DNA of 64,000 nt from an uncultured Gammaproteobacteria bacterium (GTDB lineage Bacteria; Patescibacteriota; Patescibacteriia; UBA9934). Location of the stretch: the NCBI GenBank assembly GCA_964599455.1, contig CAZREA010000003.1, forward strand, positions 31,026 through 95,025, given 5' to 3'. Shown here piece by piece: positions 27,755 through 38,216 of this stretch; the stretch's first letter is position 1, and each line of letters opens with the position of its first letter. The notes under the pieces are model-generated. The model was not told the DNA's origin, made no database searches, and worked only from the letters and a program-made list of their open reading frames with translations. Made by a program: the position numbers and the translations under genes.

Positions 27755-30697
27755 GTGAGCATGGCTAAAAGAGGCGAACTAGGAAGTATGCGGCGTGGGA
27801 ATCGGGAAGCAAAACTCCCCGAGGTTGCTTTTGAACATCTTCGGAGTTCGGACATCGTTTCGACGACGCACACCTGTGAAAAGGCAGTTTATGACCGACT
27901 CGCAATGAGCCCGGCTCTTCGTTTTGAGGCGGAGCGGTGGTTGGTCATTACCGCTGGCATGGGCGATGTCTTTGCCAAAACCGAAGCCGTACCTGTTGAA
28001 TTATTGCAGGGCGCAAATGTTTCTCCGGAAACATTGATTGATCGGGTGGAACAATTGGTACGTGTAGATCCGCTTGAGGGTCTCTCATTCCATCAGGCGT
28101 GTCGTATCCTTCGTTCACTGAGTTTAGTCGGACAGTCCATTAATGATGTTTTCAAGCCCGTGCGTCCTCTGGAAAGACGAAGAATTCGAGCCGCTGCCCT
28201 GCATGATCAAGAAGAAAATTTAAGTGCGTATGGAACAATTGTTGCGCTCGCCGAAAAGGTCCGTACGGCTTGCGAACAGCGCAGTGAAGCCGTTCCACCC
28301 GAGGCGCTCACGTGGCAATTAACGGGCAATGCCCCTCCTGCGCTTTTGCCAGTTCCCGATGCGTTTCGTGCCGGATTTGATCACATTAGGGATCTTTTTA
28401 AGACGAATCGACTGAATAAAGATATTTTAACTCCACTGCAGATGAGTCTTCGTTCTACTGCGGTTTTAAGCGAAGAGTTGGAAGGAAAAAAGAAAACAGC
28501 GAGCATCGGCAGTCGGGCGGAGTTTCGTACGGCTTGCGAGACGCTTCAGATCTGGTTAGAGGGAACGGTGGTACAAGTGCAAGAGGATGCAAAGCTGTTA
28601 GCTTCTGATCTTTTTGGTGAACCGTATGAACGAGAACAACTATTGCGATCTCTTGGTGTTATCAAGCGATATGATCCGGAATTTTTCCTCGAAGCCATCG
28701 GGATTCCCGTTCAGCTCGGGCAAGCAGAACAGCCGTATACGGGGAATCTCTTGCAGCGTGCGCTCAGATTGGAAATGGATAAGGGAGCAATTGCTGATCA
28801 AGAGCTCACCGCAGCACTGTCATATACCGATGATCTGAAGCCATATGAACAACGGTTGCTGCAGGCATCGGTACAGGATGCAAAAGGTTTTTTTGGGAGC
28901 CTTCTTGATACCTTGCAACGTCACCCAAAGCTTATTCCGCTTGTTACGGCTATGCTGATGGCTTCTCCGATTGGAAAACCTTTTTTTGCTTTTCACGGTC
29001 TACAGGAAACAACCGATTGCAATCGACACATCACCTTGTTTGAAGCGGGGAAGTATAAAGATCTTTCTGCTGAACAACTCCATCAGCTGTATGTTGCACA
29101 CGGAGCTGATCTCCGGTTTTGCCAACTCTTGTTAAAGAATCCGCACGTAAGCGGGGATGATATCAGGGGCATTCTTACGCGCCATACGAAATCTTGGCTC
29201 GATCCGGAGTATGAAAGGATTTTACTCTTTCATCCACAGAGTCCAGCCGACGTCATCATGGGTCTTTTGGAAGACGGCATGCACGACAAGACGCTCGTTG
29301 CTCAGTTTTTAGAAGAGCGACAAGGAAATCTGAATCCTGCAATCATCAAGCATATATTGCAATTGATACGAAAAAAGCGCAGCCGTGTCCTTGAATCTGT
29401 TGAGGTAGTGGTTGCGCTTGATCGTCTCTATCGAGCAGAAATTTTGGAACAAGATCCGAAAGCGAATCAGTATATTAAGCGTGCGGTTGCGCAATGCGGG
29501 TTAGGAAATGTGCAAATACTTGATTCCACGCCTGTGTATCTTCATCGAGCTATCGCCGAGAAACTCCTTCTTTCAACGATCGGCATGACGGTTGCGGAGC
29601 ATTGGCCAAAATTTGTAGGCGTGACGCCAGATGATCTCCTGCCTATGCTGCATGTATCAGATGAAAATACAGCGCGTTTAGTCATCGGCTCTTTTTTGAA
29701 AGAAAGGAGCGGTACAAGACCCTGGGGTCTTTCGCGTGATACCGTGGAACGCGTTTTGACCGCTCACGACAATACCGTCGATATCTTTTTCAGCCACAAG
29801 GATAGAATTCAAGACTTTGAGCCGAACTGGTTTCTTGAGCTTCTCTTCTTCCGCGATGACGAACGATTAAAAATGGTCGAGCGAGCCGTTGTCGACTGTC
29901 CGCCTCATACACTCGGACAAAAGGTTGCCGAGCTTTTACTTATTTTAGAAAGAGGCAGGTCGATACTTTGGGCTCATCAAGAAAAGTTTCAGCAATTGGA
30001 TAGGAATCGATTGATAAAATTGGTAGAGGGCAAGGACGAGCACTTTATGAATGCGAAAGAAAGAGTAGAGACACTTACACATATTGTACTTTCCTCTCGT
30101 AAGAATGAACTCACGCAAGAATCTGCAAAAGTCATCATAGGAAAGATTGCACACGGTCACAGTCTCGTTTACGTACAGAAGGATTATTTTACAGGATACG
30201 ATCCCAATTGGCTTATTCGTTATGTGTGCATTCCGCCAAGCGAAAGGAAGGACTTTATAGAGATTTTGACCAAATATACTCCGCCAGCTTCACTGAACAA
30301 AAAATCCGTCGAGAGACTTCGTGCCTATGACTGCGGAAATGAGATTCTTGAGCATCATGATAAATTTGTTCCTTTGGATCCGAACTGGTTGATTGATCAA
30401 GCGGCACAGGGTGGGGCATCGCAAAAAAGTTTATCGCTTTTTATTGAAAGATGTGCACATGCGAGTCTTACGCGTCAAACCGCCTTATTGTTCATTCGTG
30501 CAAAAAAGCCGGAAATACCCATCCGTCTTCTCGGAAAATTTGTAGCCGATGTAGGACCATCATGGATTTTACAAGAGGCGCGAATGGTTGCGAGTGAGGT
30601 TGAGAAAAGTGGAGAGAGCGGACCCGCTGATGCGCAGGCTTTTATGCAGAAAACGAGAGATGCTTTCAACATTCAACTGCCGGACGTAAAGAGCTGA
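27755..30697 (+). CDS. Large hypothetical helical-repeat protein (980 aa)
   Basis: Long uninterrupted ORF; recurring 'xxFxxxDPNWLI' units in the C-terminal third. Confidence 0.8.
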   Translation: MSMAKRGELGSMRRGNREAKLPEVAFEHLRSSDIVSTTHTCEKAVYDRLAMSPALRFEAERWLVITAGMGDVFAKTEAVPVELLQGANVSPETLIDRVEQLVRVDPLEGLSFHQACRILRSLSLVGQSINDVFKPVRPLERRRIRAAALHDQEENLSAYGTIVALAEKVRTACEQRSEAVPPEALTWQLTGNAPPALLPVPDAFRAGFDHIRDLFKTNRLNKDILTPLQMSLRSTAVLSEELEGKKKTASIGSRAEFRTACETLQIWLEGTVVQVQEDAKLLASDLFGEPYEREQLLRSLGVIKRYDPEFFLEAIGIPVQLGQAEQPYTGNLLQRALRLEMDKGAIADQELTAALSYTDDLKPYEQRLLQASVQDAKGFFGSLLDTLQRHPKLIPLVTAMLMASPIGKPFFAFHGLQETTDCNRHITLFEAGKYKDLSAEQLHQLYVAHGADLRFCQLLLKNPHVSGDDIRGILTRHTKSWLDPEYERILLFHPQSPADVIMGLLEDGMHDKTLVAQFLEERQGNLNPAIIKHILQLIRKKRSRVLESVEVVVALDRLYRAEILEQDPKANQYIKRAVAQCGLGNVQILDSTPVYLHRAIAEKLLLSTIGMTVAEHWPKFVGVTPDDLLPMLHVSDENTARLVIGSFLKERSGTRPWGLSRDTVERVLTAHDNTVDIFFSHKDRIQDFEPNWFLELLFFRDDERLKMVERAVVDCPPHTLGQKVAELLLILERGRSILWAHQEKFQQLDRNRLIKLVEGKDEHFMNAKERVETLTHIVLSSRKNELTQESAKVIIGKIAHGHSLVYVQKDYFTGYDPNWLIRYVCIPPSERKDFIEILTKYTPPASLNKKSVERLRAYDCGNEILEHHDKFVPLDPNWLIDQAAQGGASQKSLSLFIERCAHASLTRQTALLFIRAKKPEIPIRLLGKFVADVGPSWILQEARMVASEVEKSGESGPADAQAFMQKTRDAFNIQLPDVKS

Positions 30698-30758
30698 CGT
30701 AAATTACAAAAAATTAAGTCCCGACGCCTCCGACGTCGGGACTCACGAGTCCGGATCC

Positions 30759-31022
30759 TTACTTATCGTATCTTTTGTGGCTTTCGATTTCCTTCCACGC
30801 CTTCTCTCCGTGTATCTCTTCCCGTGCCTTCTGGAGGAGATGGCTGGTCAGGTTTGCATAGATAGCCCCCATCAACCCGCATAGAATCTTCCTGAAGATT
30901 CCTGGATCGAGGAAGGTACAGATCAAATGGATTATCAAGATCAACGTCAATAACCACAGTGCAGTGCTTAGAATCTTGACATTCGGGTGAGCGCGAGCAT
31001 ACCACATTGCCAGCTTGATCAT
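30759..31022 (-). CDS. Small 2-TM membrane protein
   Basis: 87 aa; GGAGGTG SD; divergent from the TrmB regulator. Confidence 0.65.
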   Translation of the reverse strand: MIKLAMWYARAHPNVKILSTALWLLTLILIIHLICTFLDPGIFRKILCGLMGAIYANLTSHLLQKAREEIHGEKAWKEIESHKRYDK

Positions 31023-31152
31023 GTTTCACCTCCGAAAAGAGTATTGACGAAAAGCCTGACAAAGAGCACTGTTTATCGTCTCTTTGTGAGATATATGACA
31101 TATCTTGCTTTATATAAAACAAATAAATGACGAGTATTTATCGTCGACAGCT

Positions 31153-31908
31153 ATGAAAAGTGCTATTAAAAAACAGCTTTTGCACCTTGGATTATCGGAA
31201 AAGGATATCTCAGTGTATTTTGCGATCATCCAGTTGGGAGTCGCAAAGGCAATGGAGATTGCTCGAAAAATCGATTTGCCACGACAGACGGTCTATAGCA
31301 TTTTGCAGCAACTTTTGCGTTTGAAACTCATTGAACAACATGACAAGCGCGGAATAAAACATTTTTCGGCTGATCCCCGAGAGCTTGTACGATGTATCGA
31401 ACGAGAGCGTGAGCGACTTACTGAAGAACAGCGACAAATTGAAAAAGAACTTCCTGAACTTGAAGCATTAAAGTATCGCGCGGCGCCGTTGCCGAAAATT
31501 CGCTATTACGAAGGGACCGAGGGAATGAAGCGACTCTTTTACGATATTCTCGATCAGCATCGCGGTGGTGTGAAAGAATTTCGTGGATACGGCGTCAATC
31601 GTTTTCAAAAAGCACTTGGAGATTTCTTGTATGAGTTTGTCAAAAAGCGTTTCAGTTATGGCGTTAAAACAAAATTACTGATCGGACAAGGTGAAGATGA
31701 TTTTGGCATCACCGGCGAAAAGAATGCGTACGGACGATTGGTGAAGCGAATGAATATTTCAGAGCAAGATGCCGGATTTTATCTTGTGGGCGATCGAGCA
31801 TATCTTTTCTCGTATCCTGATAATCTCGGTATCTCGATTGAAAATCGAAATATTACCAAGCTGCTCTCATCGGTCTTTGATGATCATTGGCAGAGACTTA
31901 GGGGTTAA
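31153..31908 (+). CDS. TrmB-family transcriptional regulator
   Basis: LGLSEKDISVYFA, HTH IARKIDLPRQTVYSILQQL, KIRYYEGTEG. Confidence 0.9.
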   Translation: MKSAIKKQLLHLGLSEKDISVYFAIIQLGVAKAMEIARKIDLPRQTVYSILQQLLRLKLIEQHDKRGIKHFSADPRELVRCIERERERLTEEQRQIEKELPELEALKYRAAPLPKIRYYEGTEGMKRLFYDILDQHRGGVKEFRGYGVNRFQKALGDFLYEFVKKRFSYGVKTKLLIGQGEDDFGITGEKNAYGRLVKRMNISEQDAGFYLVGDRAYLFSYPDNLGISIENRNITKLLSSVFDDHWQRLRG

Positions 31909-31945
31909 ATGTCGTGCGAGAAGTTTTATGTTATTCTTTTGCTCT

Positions 31946-32257
31946 ATGGGAAAATTTTCTTGGTGGAGCAAAATTGGACTCATACTCATTTTTCCTCTTT
32001 GGATTATTTTTCCTCAATCTTCATTTTTTGACAGCGTTTTCACGGGAATTGAAATTCATAGCCGTCGTGGCAGAGAAATTGATATCTTGGCAATTATTTT
32101 ACTCACTGCTTGGTATGTTGTTTTTCGAAAAATTACAGGGAGATCGGGATTGCATGAAATGACAACTAACAAGAAAAAAATACTGGATGGCGATGCTATT
32201 GTTTTTTCATTGTACATAAGCACGATATTGACCGCTCTTTGGAGTTTGTTTATGTAA
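31946..32257 (+). CDS. Hypothetical membrane protein
   Basis: 3 hydrophobic segments from MGKFSWW; followed by a terminator hairpin at 32260-32287. Confidence 0.55.
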   Translation: MGKFSWWSKIGLILIFPLWIIFPQSSFFDSVFTGIEIHSRRGREIDILAIILLTAWYVVFRKITGRSGLHEMTTNKKKILDGDAIVFSLYISTILTALWSLFM

Positions 32258-32300
32258 ATAAAAGACTCCCACATCGGGAGTCTTTTTTGTAACAAGAGTA

Positions 32301-33008
32301 TTAGTACGGCAACGCAAGTTCTGCATCAGCGCGATGATCGCCGAAGTCGTCACTCGTAATTGCTTCCTCGAGTACGTCGTCGATATCTGATCGCACGGTA
32401 CTATCGACGACGAAATCAGTATTAAAGCGCCACAGAGCAAAGGTTTCATCAGCAACTTCTCGTTTGGCATTATTTTCTGTGTAATACACGGTTTCATCAG
32501 AACCTCGCATAAGCGTGCCAACGGGATAACCTTCCGTGATATCTTCGCCCGTGTGCTTATAGTGTGACCACAGTGCGGGTGAAACTTCCACCACGCGACT
32601 ATCCCACGCATCACCATACAGCGCTTCGAGCAATGATTCGTCTGCAACACGACGCAAAACGCCACCGCGTTCAACAGCATACACACCATCAACGCTTAAA
32701 AACCTTATCAAAGAAGTTCCGGGGCGCATGGTAACGGGACGACCGTGTTTATAGCTCATGAAGGTTGCAGCATCGACAATAGTCGCGTCGCCTTCATTAC
32801 CAAACCAGGAATAAAAAACCGATCGCGTAGGGAAAAGGTGGCGATAGCCATCTGCATCAAGAATATAAATGGGTCCCGATGCACCAACGCGTATTAAGTC
32901 TCCTGCTTGTAAGTCAGATTCGGCAGCAAACGCTGCGGGCGTTTGTGCAAAAAAGAATAATCCACCCAGAACGAGGCTTCCAAAAGAGGAGAGGAGGAAT
33001 TTTTTCAT
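32301..33008 (-). CDS. Secreted protein with three internal repeats
   Basis: Signal peptide ending AFA; repeated G(D/T)L(I/M)R...(I/V)Y.......R unit. Confidence 0.8.
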   Translation of the reverse strand: MKKFLLSSFGSLVLGGLFFFAQTPAAFAAESDLQAGDLIRVGASGPIYILDADGYRHLFPTRSVFYSWFGNEGDATIVDAATFMSYKHGRPVTMRPGTSLIRFLSVDGVYAVERGGVLRRVADESLLEALYGDAWDSRVVEVSPALWSHYKHTGEDITEGYPVGTLMRGSDETVYYTENNAKREVADETFALWRFNTDFVVDSTVRSDIDDVLEEAITSDDFGDHRADAELALPY

Positions 33009-33069
33009 AGGGATGATAAACAAGTTTTTTCAAGAGTAGCGGAACAAAAAATCCTTGCAAGCAATCTAT

Positions 33070-33522
33070 CTACAGCGACATCGGATCAAAGTGTGAATAT
33101 TCTTCCTCATCTCCCATGAAATAGATCCATGAACGTGGACGAAGAAGATAAAGACCAGGAGCGTCTAAACGAAAGCCCACATTTTTATTCTTTCCCAAGG
33201 CAAATTGTTCCCGAGGAACTGTGAGCACGGTAAATACGAATCGATCAAAGAGTGCCATGTAGGCGTCAAAGACATGTGCCAAGAGGATAAGAATACCCAG
33301 CATGATGAACATGCTTATTCCAATTGCCAAATCACCCCACGAGCGGAAAAGCCAGATAAGTCCTACAAAACTCAGTAGTCCCGGAAGAAACGCAACAAAC
33401 ATGACAATACCCGTCAGTATGCGTTCAAGCGTTTTCCAAATGAGTTTTTGAGAGCGAAAGGCAAACGAATCTTGTTCGGGAATAAAGAAAAAGTATGCCT
33501 GATCTTTTTTGTTTGGATGCAT
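33070..33522 (-). CDS. Hypothetical membrane protein
   Basis: 150 aa with 2 TM. Confidence 0.6.
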   Translation of the reverse strand: MHPNKKDQAYFFFIPEQDSFAFRSQKLIWKTLERILTGIVMFVAFLPGLLSFVGLIWLFRSWGDLAIGISMFIMLGILILLAHVFDAYMALFDRFVFTVLTVPREQFALGKNKNVGFRLDAPGLYLLRPRSWIYFMGDEEEYSHFDPMSL

Positions 33523-33583
33523 AAAAGTGTAAAGTAACCATACTACTTTTGAGAAAAGTAATCCACCACTCGACTATCGAACT

Positions 33584-34816
33584 CTATTCAAAGCATGCTT
33601 CGTAAGCTGTGCGTGCTTCATCATTCGGAAGGAGAATGGGATTGGCGTTGGTGGCGTAATGGATTTCGGCATCCGTTTCAAAGGCTTCATCGGTAAAGCG
33701 CAACATAACGGGTTCGGAAAGAGTGTGTGTATCGGGCATTTCGTAGGCGGCAGAGATAGGGGCAATGGCAGCGATAGGTTCACTTTCCGCGGCACATGCT
33801 TGGCTAAAATCTTGCCAGTACAGCCACACGCTCCCGTCGGGCATGGTTGTTGCTTCGGGAACACTTGCTTGCGAGACGACTTTTTCAAGCGGAGACCAGG
33901 TTAGTAAATCGGTACTGGTTGTTCGATAAATAGATCTTCCGCAAAGTTCACAGAGTCCTTGTGCGGTGCACGTGTTGGAGGAAGAGATTGCCTTAATAAA
34001 CAATACCCATGTGTCATCTTTACGTTGTGCGATGGCGGTATCGCTCATAAAAAGACTATCGGTATCTTCGTCGTTGATAATGGGAGTTGATTCGCCAAGT
34101 TGCAGATCGGCAAGAGTGTTGACGGCAGTAGGAAGAACACAGAGCGATTCCATGTCTTTGGTTGTATGGGAGGCGTCGCTTAATTTGCTCAGATGAACAT
34201 CACCTTCAATTGAGTGAATGAGATAATTACTGCCTGCAACGTCAAAAACTTGCGAGGTTTTTCCAAGCGTAATCCCTGAGGTTTGTCGGCAACCATCTGC
34301 CGAAGAGGCTTTGATGACTTTCACGTCTGCATCTCGTACTGCTGGACAGACGGATTCATGATAGAGCAAGGATCCTGGACCACGAGTATCATCGGCACCT
34401 GTCCATCCGGTCATTGCCCAAGATCCGCTTGCGAGGCGACTAAACACCGGATCTCCGTATGATTCGGTAAAGCTTCGTCCGAGATTAAAAACGAGCGCAT
34501 CAGCATCAACACTTTTTACAGTAAAGCCATCAGTACTGGTGCCCATGCGAATAGCATTTTGGGCGGAACCATCTTCTGCAGGTTTGCCAACAAATTGATA
34601 GAAAAAGGCGATGCTCCCTCCAATGTCCTGAGATATGGCGGTACGTTTTTGTCGCTCCCATCGGTCTTTTTGTGCTGCAATAAAAGTATCTTGTAGCGTA
34701 TCTTCTCCCGCGTCGCTCGAGGTGCTATTGAGAGAAAACAGCACCACATTCGCCGCCGTCAGCCCAGCAAGAACGATTCCGCTAAAAATAATCACCAACG
34801 GATGAGCTTTTTGCAT
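33584..34816 (-). CDS. Membrane-anchored beta-propeller-like protein
   Basis: N-terminal TM; Asp-box-like STDGFT and STDLLTW. Confidence 0.75.
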   Translation of the reverse strand: MQKAHPLVIIFSGIVLAGLTAANVVLFSLNSTSSDAGEDTLQDTFIAAQKDRWERQKRTAISQDIGGSIAFFYQFVGKPAEDGSAQNAIRMGTSTDGFTVKSVDADALVFNLGRSFTESYGDPVFSRLASGSWAMTGWTGADDTRGPGSLLYHESVCPAVRDADVKVIKASSADGCRQTSGITLGKTSQVFDVAGSNYLIHSIEGDVHLSKLSDASHTTKDMESLCVLPTAVNTLADLQLGESTPIINDEDTDSLFMSDTAIAQRKDDTWVLFIKAISSSNTCTAQGLCELCGRSIYRTTSTDLLTWSPLEKVVSQASVPEATTMPDGSVWLYWQDFSQACAAESEPIAAIAPISAAYEMPDTHTLSEPVMLRFTDEAFETDAEIHYATNANPILLPNDEARTAYEACFE

Positions 34817-34961
34817 AGTGGGTCTATGATAACATGAGGCTTTTCTAAAAATATTGTGAGGCGATGTACGAGAAACCGTATTTTAACCCCCATTCACAAT
34901 AAAAGTATTCGTCCTGATGAAAATATACTCTTCTTTTAAAGAAAGAATTTCTTTTTATTTT

Positions 34962-35849
34962 ATGAGCGAGAGAGAATTTGAAGGCATTTGCAGCGTCCAT
35001 GGCGGACCGTATCGTGCTTGTCCCGGAGAGTGTTCAAATCGTTCAAAAATACCGGCAGCGGAAACCTTTGAACGAGAACCAGAGTCTATAGAGCGTCTGC
35101 AAGAACTTATCAGGGATATAGGGCGAGAATATAAAGATGTTGCTCGTGTATTCATGCATCGCAAGGAACACGGCGGAGGCGCTTTGAAAGATATACCTCC
35201 GAGAGCATTTGTGTATGAAGACATGAGTATTCTTCTTGATAGTACGTCGGATGGTGTTGCTTTGCAGGTAAAGGCGGAAGATGATTTGAAATTCGAAATT
35301 CAAATTCCTCTTTTTAAAGGTTCTCGTAAAGCTGCAGCGTCGACTGGAGTTTTGAAAATGCGGAATGAAGAAGTACATATATATTTCAATACGTTTACCG
35401 GAATAATTCCTCGGGAAATACGTCGAGAAGGTGCAAAACATTTTGACTATATTCTTGGTATTGAAGCCGATGGTATCCATGTCGGGAATGACGAGGTCAC
35501 GAAATGGGAAAATAGCATGTTGCGTTTGCAACAAGAGGTAGGGGCAAATGAAAAAGTCGAGCGTTACGTAGAGGAACTGACCCCAAAACCCGATTTTTCT
35601 CTAAGCTCAAAGCTTTCGATGGCTGAATTGCGGGATATTTGGACAAAAGCTCATCAAGGTGGATTATTTAGAGCTCCAAAATTTCCTGCCGATAAAAATT
35701 CTCTTTTAGACCCCGGCCCTCGACCTGCAGACACCATTTTGCCAATTGAAAGACTTGAAAGACCTCTGCAACAGGTATTCCAGGCATTGGTAAAGGTCCA
35801 GGAAATTGTTTCTCAAGCAGTACGCGCGGGGACGGATTCTGCTTCTTAA
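34962..35849 (+). CDS. Hypothetical protein with N-terminal Cys/His cluster
   Basis: MSEREFEGICSVHGGPYRACPGEC. Confidence 0.7.
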   Translation: MSEREFEGICSVHGGPYRACPGECSNRSKIPAAETFEREPESIERLQELIRDIGREYKDVARVFMHRKEHGGGALKDIPPRAFVYEDMSILLDSTSDGVALQVKAEDDLKFEIQIPLFKGSRKAAASTGVLKMRNEEVHIYFNTFTGIIPREIRREGAKHFDYILGIEADGIHVGNDEVTKWENSMLRLQQEVGANEKVERYVEELTPKPDFSLSSKLSMAELRDIWTKAHQGGLFRAPKFPADKNSLLDPGPRPADTILPIERLERPLQQVFQALVKVQEIVSQAVRAGTDSAS

Positions 35850-36057
35850 ATCATTTCATGAAAAGCGATCGAAAAAAATCATTGACGATATGATTTATCG
35901 CGGTGTCGCATCGAATAAGTCTGATCTTGTTCGTCAGGCGCTATATAAATTTGCAGAAGATCAGGCGGTGGAAGTGGTGTTACGCGCAGAGCAAGAATTA
36001 AAAGAAGGGAAGACTCTTCGTGGTGATCTCCGAAAGATTGCGGCAAAGATACCATAA
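35850..36057 (+). pseudogene. 5'-truncated ribbon-helix-helix antitoxin
   Basis: IIDDMIYRGVASNKSDLVRQAL...LKEGKTLRGDL; the N-terminal RHH strand and a proper start are missing. Confidence 0.65.
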
Positions 36058-36065
36058 TATTCTCT

Positions 36066-36264
36066 ATGGAGGTTTTGTTTTCTCCATCATTTGTTCGCCT
36101 GTTTAAGGTACTATCAGGGGCTCTTTAAGAAGAAGTTCTCGATAAAATCAAATTGTTTAGAGATGACTATCATCATTGAGCGTTAAAAGTCCATAAATTT
36201 ACCCACCAAACCCAAGAAGGCGTATTTGCTGGCGGTTGGAGACCATGATGTATACAGCACGTAG
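36066..36264 (+). pseudogene. RelE/YafQ-type toxin pseudogene
   Basis: MEVLFSPSFVRLFKVL...* EEVLDKIKLFRDD..H* ALKVHK, then internal deletion/frameshift to AYLLAVGDHDVY*. Confidence 0.8.
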
Positions 36265-36312
36265 GTCACATTTCTCCTTCCGCCGCATAGATGATGGCGT
36301 AGGCCTATTTGT

Positions 36313-36825
36313 ATGAGCTCCATAAAATCATCGTTTGAACAGGAATTGCTACGGCTGTTTCCTGATATGTATAAGGAAATCTATCGCTATTTGGCGTATC
36401 GCATTGTGCAGCGTCAGGATGCCGAAGATGCGGTTGCCCGGGTTTTTATGAAAGCCTGGGAAAAATTGAATGGATATGATCCGGCACGCGGATCGCTTCG
36501 TGAATGGCTCATGGGGATCGCTAAAAACGAAATGAAAATGTATTGGCGTGGTCGGCGACCGACATGCAATCTTGATGATCTCGCCAATCTGCTCGTTGAT
36601 ACTTCATCGGAATATCGCGTTGCATTGCTCGATGATGAGCGGGCTGTTGCGGAAATCTTTGCCATGCTCGGTGATGAAGAAAAAGCATTGCTCGCCATGC
36701 ATTATCTCGATGGCATGACGTATGAAGAGATCGCCGCCATCGTTGATGCGCGTGTTCCCGCTATTCGCAAACGTGTGTCGCGAACACTGGCAATACTCCG
36801 GGAAACGTTTACTGAAATTTCTTAA
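36313..36825 (+). CDS. ECF-type RNA polymerase sigma factor
   Basis: DAEDAVARVFMKAW, WLMGIAKN, GMTYEEIA...RVSR. Confidence 0.93.
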   Translation: MSSIKSSFEQELLRLFPDMYKEIYRYLAYRIVQRQDAEDAVARVFMKAWEKLNGYDPARGSLREWLMGIAKNEMKMYWRGRRPTCNLDDLANLLVDTSSEYRVALLDDERAVAEIFAMLGDEEKALLAMHYLDGMTYEEIAAIVDARVPAIRKRVSRTLAILRETFTEIS

Positions 36826-36834
36826 TTCCTCTCT

Positions 36835-38112
36835 ATGTCTCAACATCTCAAACATTTGCTTCAAGCAGACATGGAATCTATGACCCCCAACGTTATGCTG
36901 GAGCAAAAGCTCGAAACACAATTACGCGAAAAGATTGTTCATCGCCGTTCGGGTTTTATGCGCATTTCGTTGTTTGTCGGAGCGGTATCATTGGCGCTTG
37001 TGGCGGTAGTTGTGACCAATATCCCGCAAAGCGGTCCGCCATCACTGATTGCGCAAGCGAATGCGGCGTATGCAGAACTACGCACAAAGCTTTCCGAGCC
37101 TGGTGCGGTCCGGCACATAGTGATGAAGACGGTGCTTGGTGAAGATGGAGAAACAATATCGTCTGAAAGTTGGGCAAATGGTGACTATACAAAGAATTTT
37201 ATGCAAATGAGCAACGACCACGTTGTGTTGCGGCTTGATGAAAAAATCTACATACCTTCTACCGATCTTGAAGAAAAATCGAATGATGAATGTAGAATTT
37301 CAAAAAAGGGTGATCAAATTTGCACGATTTCTTTTACTGAAGGTGAGATGCCTCCAGAGGAAGGTGTCGAAGGCGAGGGAAGTATGTTTACTTCTTTGAT
37401 TGGAGAGGTTGAGGAATTACCGAAGTATGTGATGACAACGCCAGAAAACGTGGTTAGCTTTCAACAATGGCTCGATCCACAGGATGAATCGGTTTTCTGT
37501 GTTGACGTGAAAGAAATTACTGAGGAACAACGGGCGGCACGAAAAACCATGAATGAAATACATTCGGCGAGCGAAGGTTTGAGCACGGGAGCCGGCAATA
37601 TCGAAGCGTTATTAAAGATTTTGGAGACATCAGCAAATATCACCGATCGAGGAGTGCAAATAGATGCTGAAGTTGGCGAGGTTCATTTGTACCGTATTTC
37701 TTACGGAACGATTGGTAACGATCCAAATGCGGTATCGGGATTTAATGAATTTGGTTTTGACCCCGATACAGGTATGTTGCGCATCATACGCCAGAGTTGG
37801 CTTGATGCTTCTGGTACAGAGCATAACGATGTCACCACGTACTTCATTGTTGATGAAGTGCTGAGTGCATATGAAATTTCGGAAGACTTTTTTTCTCCGG
37901 AATATCATGGTTTCGTTGAGATGGTCATACCAGAAGCTCTTGAGACCGAAAATCACCCAGAAGATCTTCCTGTTTACTTCTTGCAAAATGGGTGTTACCG
38001 AGAAGGGGGTGACGTACCCGAATGGCTTTCACCCCAAGAAGAAGCGGCTGCACGAGCTCGTATTGAAGCATTTGATTACGATACACCAAGTCTGGGTGGT
38101 GGTGGATGGTAA
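36835..38112 (+). CDS. Putative membrane-anchored anti-sigma factor
   Basis: Directly after the ECF gene; short cytoplasmic N-terminus, single TM, large acidic extracellular part. Confidence 0.7.
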   Translation: MSQHLKHLLQADMESMTPNVMLEQKLETQLREKIVHRRSGFMRISLFVGAVSLALVAVVVTNIPQSGPPSLIAQANAAYAELRTKLSEPGAVRHIVMKTVLGEDGETISSESWANGDYTKNFMQMSNDHVVLRLDEKIYIPSTDLEEKSNDECRISKKGDQICTISFTEGEMPPEEGVEGEGSMFTSLIGEVEELPKYVMTTPENVVSFQQWLDPQDESVFCVDVKEITEEQRAARKTMNEIHSASEGLSTGAGNIEALLKILETSANITDRGVQIDAEVGEVHLYRISYGTIGNDPNAVSGFNEFGFDPDTGMLRIIRQSWLDASGTEHNDVTTYFIVDEVLSAYEISEDFFSPEYHGFVEMVIPEALETENHPEDLPVYFLQNGCYREGGDVPEWLSPQEEAAARARIEAFDYDTPSLGGGGW

Positions 38113-38216
38113 AATGATAAACAAAAACGTCCCAAGTCGGGACGTTTTTTGTTTTCTGCGTTTTTTTGAATTTTTTCTTGCTATACTTTTCATCAGTTTA
38201 ATCTTCACCTCAATGT

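Noticed and set aside
30717-30743. Palindrome AGTCCCGACG/CGTCGGGACT as a mobile-element end
   Set aside because: Lies between convergent genes and resembles other TCCC/GGGA terminator hairpins in the window; most simply a terminator.
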